A stretch of 64,000 nucleotides of DNA from Marsupella aquatica. Lineage: Eukaryota > Plantae > Marchantiophyta. This document shows, in pieces, positions 63,560 to 64,000 of the stretch. The first letter of the stretch is position 1; the number at the start of each line of letters is the position of its first letter. A program made the translations under genes and the position numbers. The stretch lies in assembly GCA_973895155.1 (NCBI GenBank), contig OZ316898.1, positions 13,171,659 through 13,235,658 on the forward strand. Reading direction: 5' to 3'. Under the pieces are notes generated by a model. That model was not told the DNA's origin. It searched no databases and was given only the letters and a program-made list of their open reading frames with translations.

Positions 63560-64000
63560 ACCATGGATCCCCAGGAAGACCTTTGAGAATTGGGAGGATT
63601 TAAAGAAAGTGATTGTCAGTGGATGAGGGAGTGAAAATTGAGAGAGTCCTTGTCACCCAAAAGAAGGACCACATGAAGTGGAGGTAAGGTGCAGAATGAA
63701 TCATCCAAGCAATGAAAGGCAGTGTCTCTGGAAACTGTCAAGGGCAACAAAGAAGTCAAGAACTAAAAGTATAACCATTACTGTTGCAAACTTGGACCAC
63801 TCTTGTGAAGCTACAGATCACTACCAGCGTAGGATGCATTCCAATCCGTACAGGCTTGCTGATCTAATATTGGACATTATTGGTAAGAATCACCAGACCA
63901 GAGCTTCATTCTTGAGAGATTCTGCCCAAGCATTAGTCCATCCAAACATAAAATACTGGCACACTGCATATTCTGCAAAGCAAAGATGTTTGAGACGTTT
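63560..64000 (+). pseudogene. MuDR/MULE-like transposase N-terminal zinc-finger fragment, running off the window
   Basis: TFENWEDFK...VRCRMNHPSNERQCLWKLS...LDHSC...YWHTAYSAKQRCL (C..C..HxC WRKY/GCM1-like pattern). Confidence 0.55.

Overview
Eukaryotic land-plant DNA, probably a bryophyte, judged from the secretory-type polyphenol oxidase (PPO). One intact host gene is present: a 4-exon PPO at 460-2781 (-). Almost all of the rest is a resolvable nest of transposable elements, each bounded by a target-site duplication (TSD) visible in the sequence. These are a decayed Bianca-like Copia (6845-12239), two copies of a 202-bp MITE, and an old Tork/Tnt1-like Copia (12406-58345, TSD TTATC) whose pol gene is interrupted by three large TIR DNA transposons with 4-bp TSDs. 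Element A spans 15313-45466. Element B spans 18710-36161 and is inserted in reverse into A's transposase. Element C spans 46007-56032. B carries a deleted Ty3/Gypsy element (19779-25016) whose ~4-kb LTR contains an ORF. The main result is that A, B and C are 10-13 kb Sola-like (DDD) transposons. Besides the transposase, each encodes a ParB-like/beta-class amino-DNA-methyltransferase protein and a protein de-modifying enzyme (Ulp1-type protease in A/B, FCP1/NIF-type HAD phosphatase in C). Each also carries family-specific palindromes, phased at about 90 or 111 bp in A/B, placed in introns, 5' regions and transposase coding sequence. This looks like a transposon-borne epigenetic (self-marking or anti-silencing) system. 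Family names come from motif recognition only; no database search was run.
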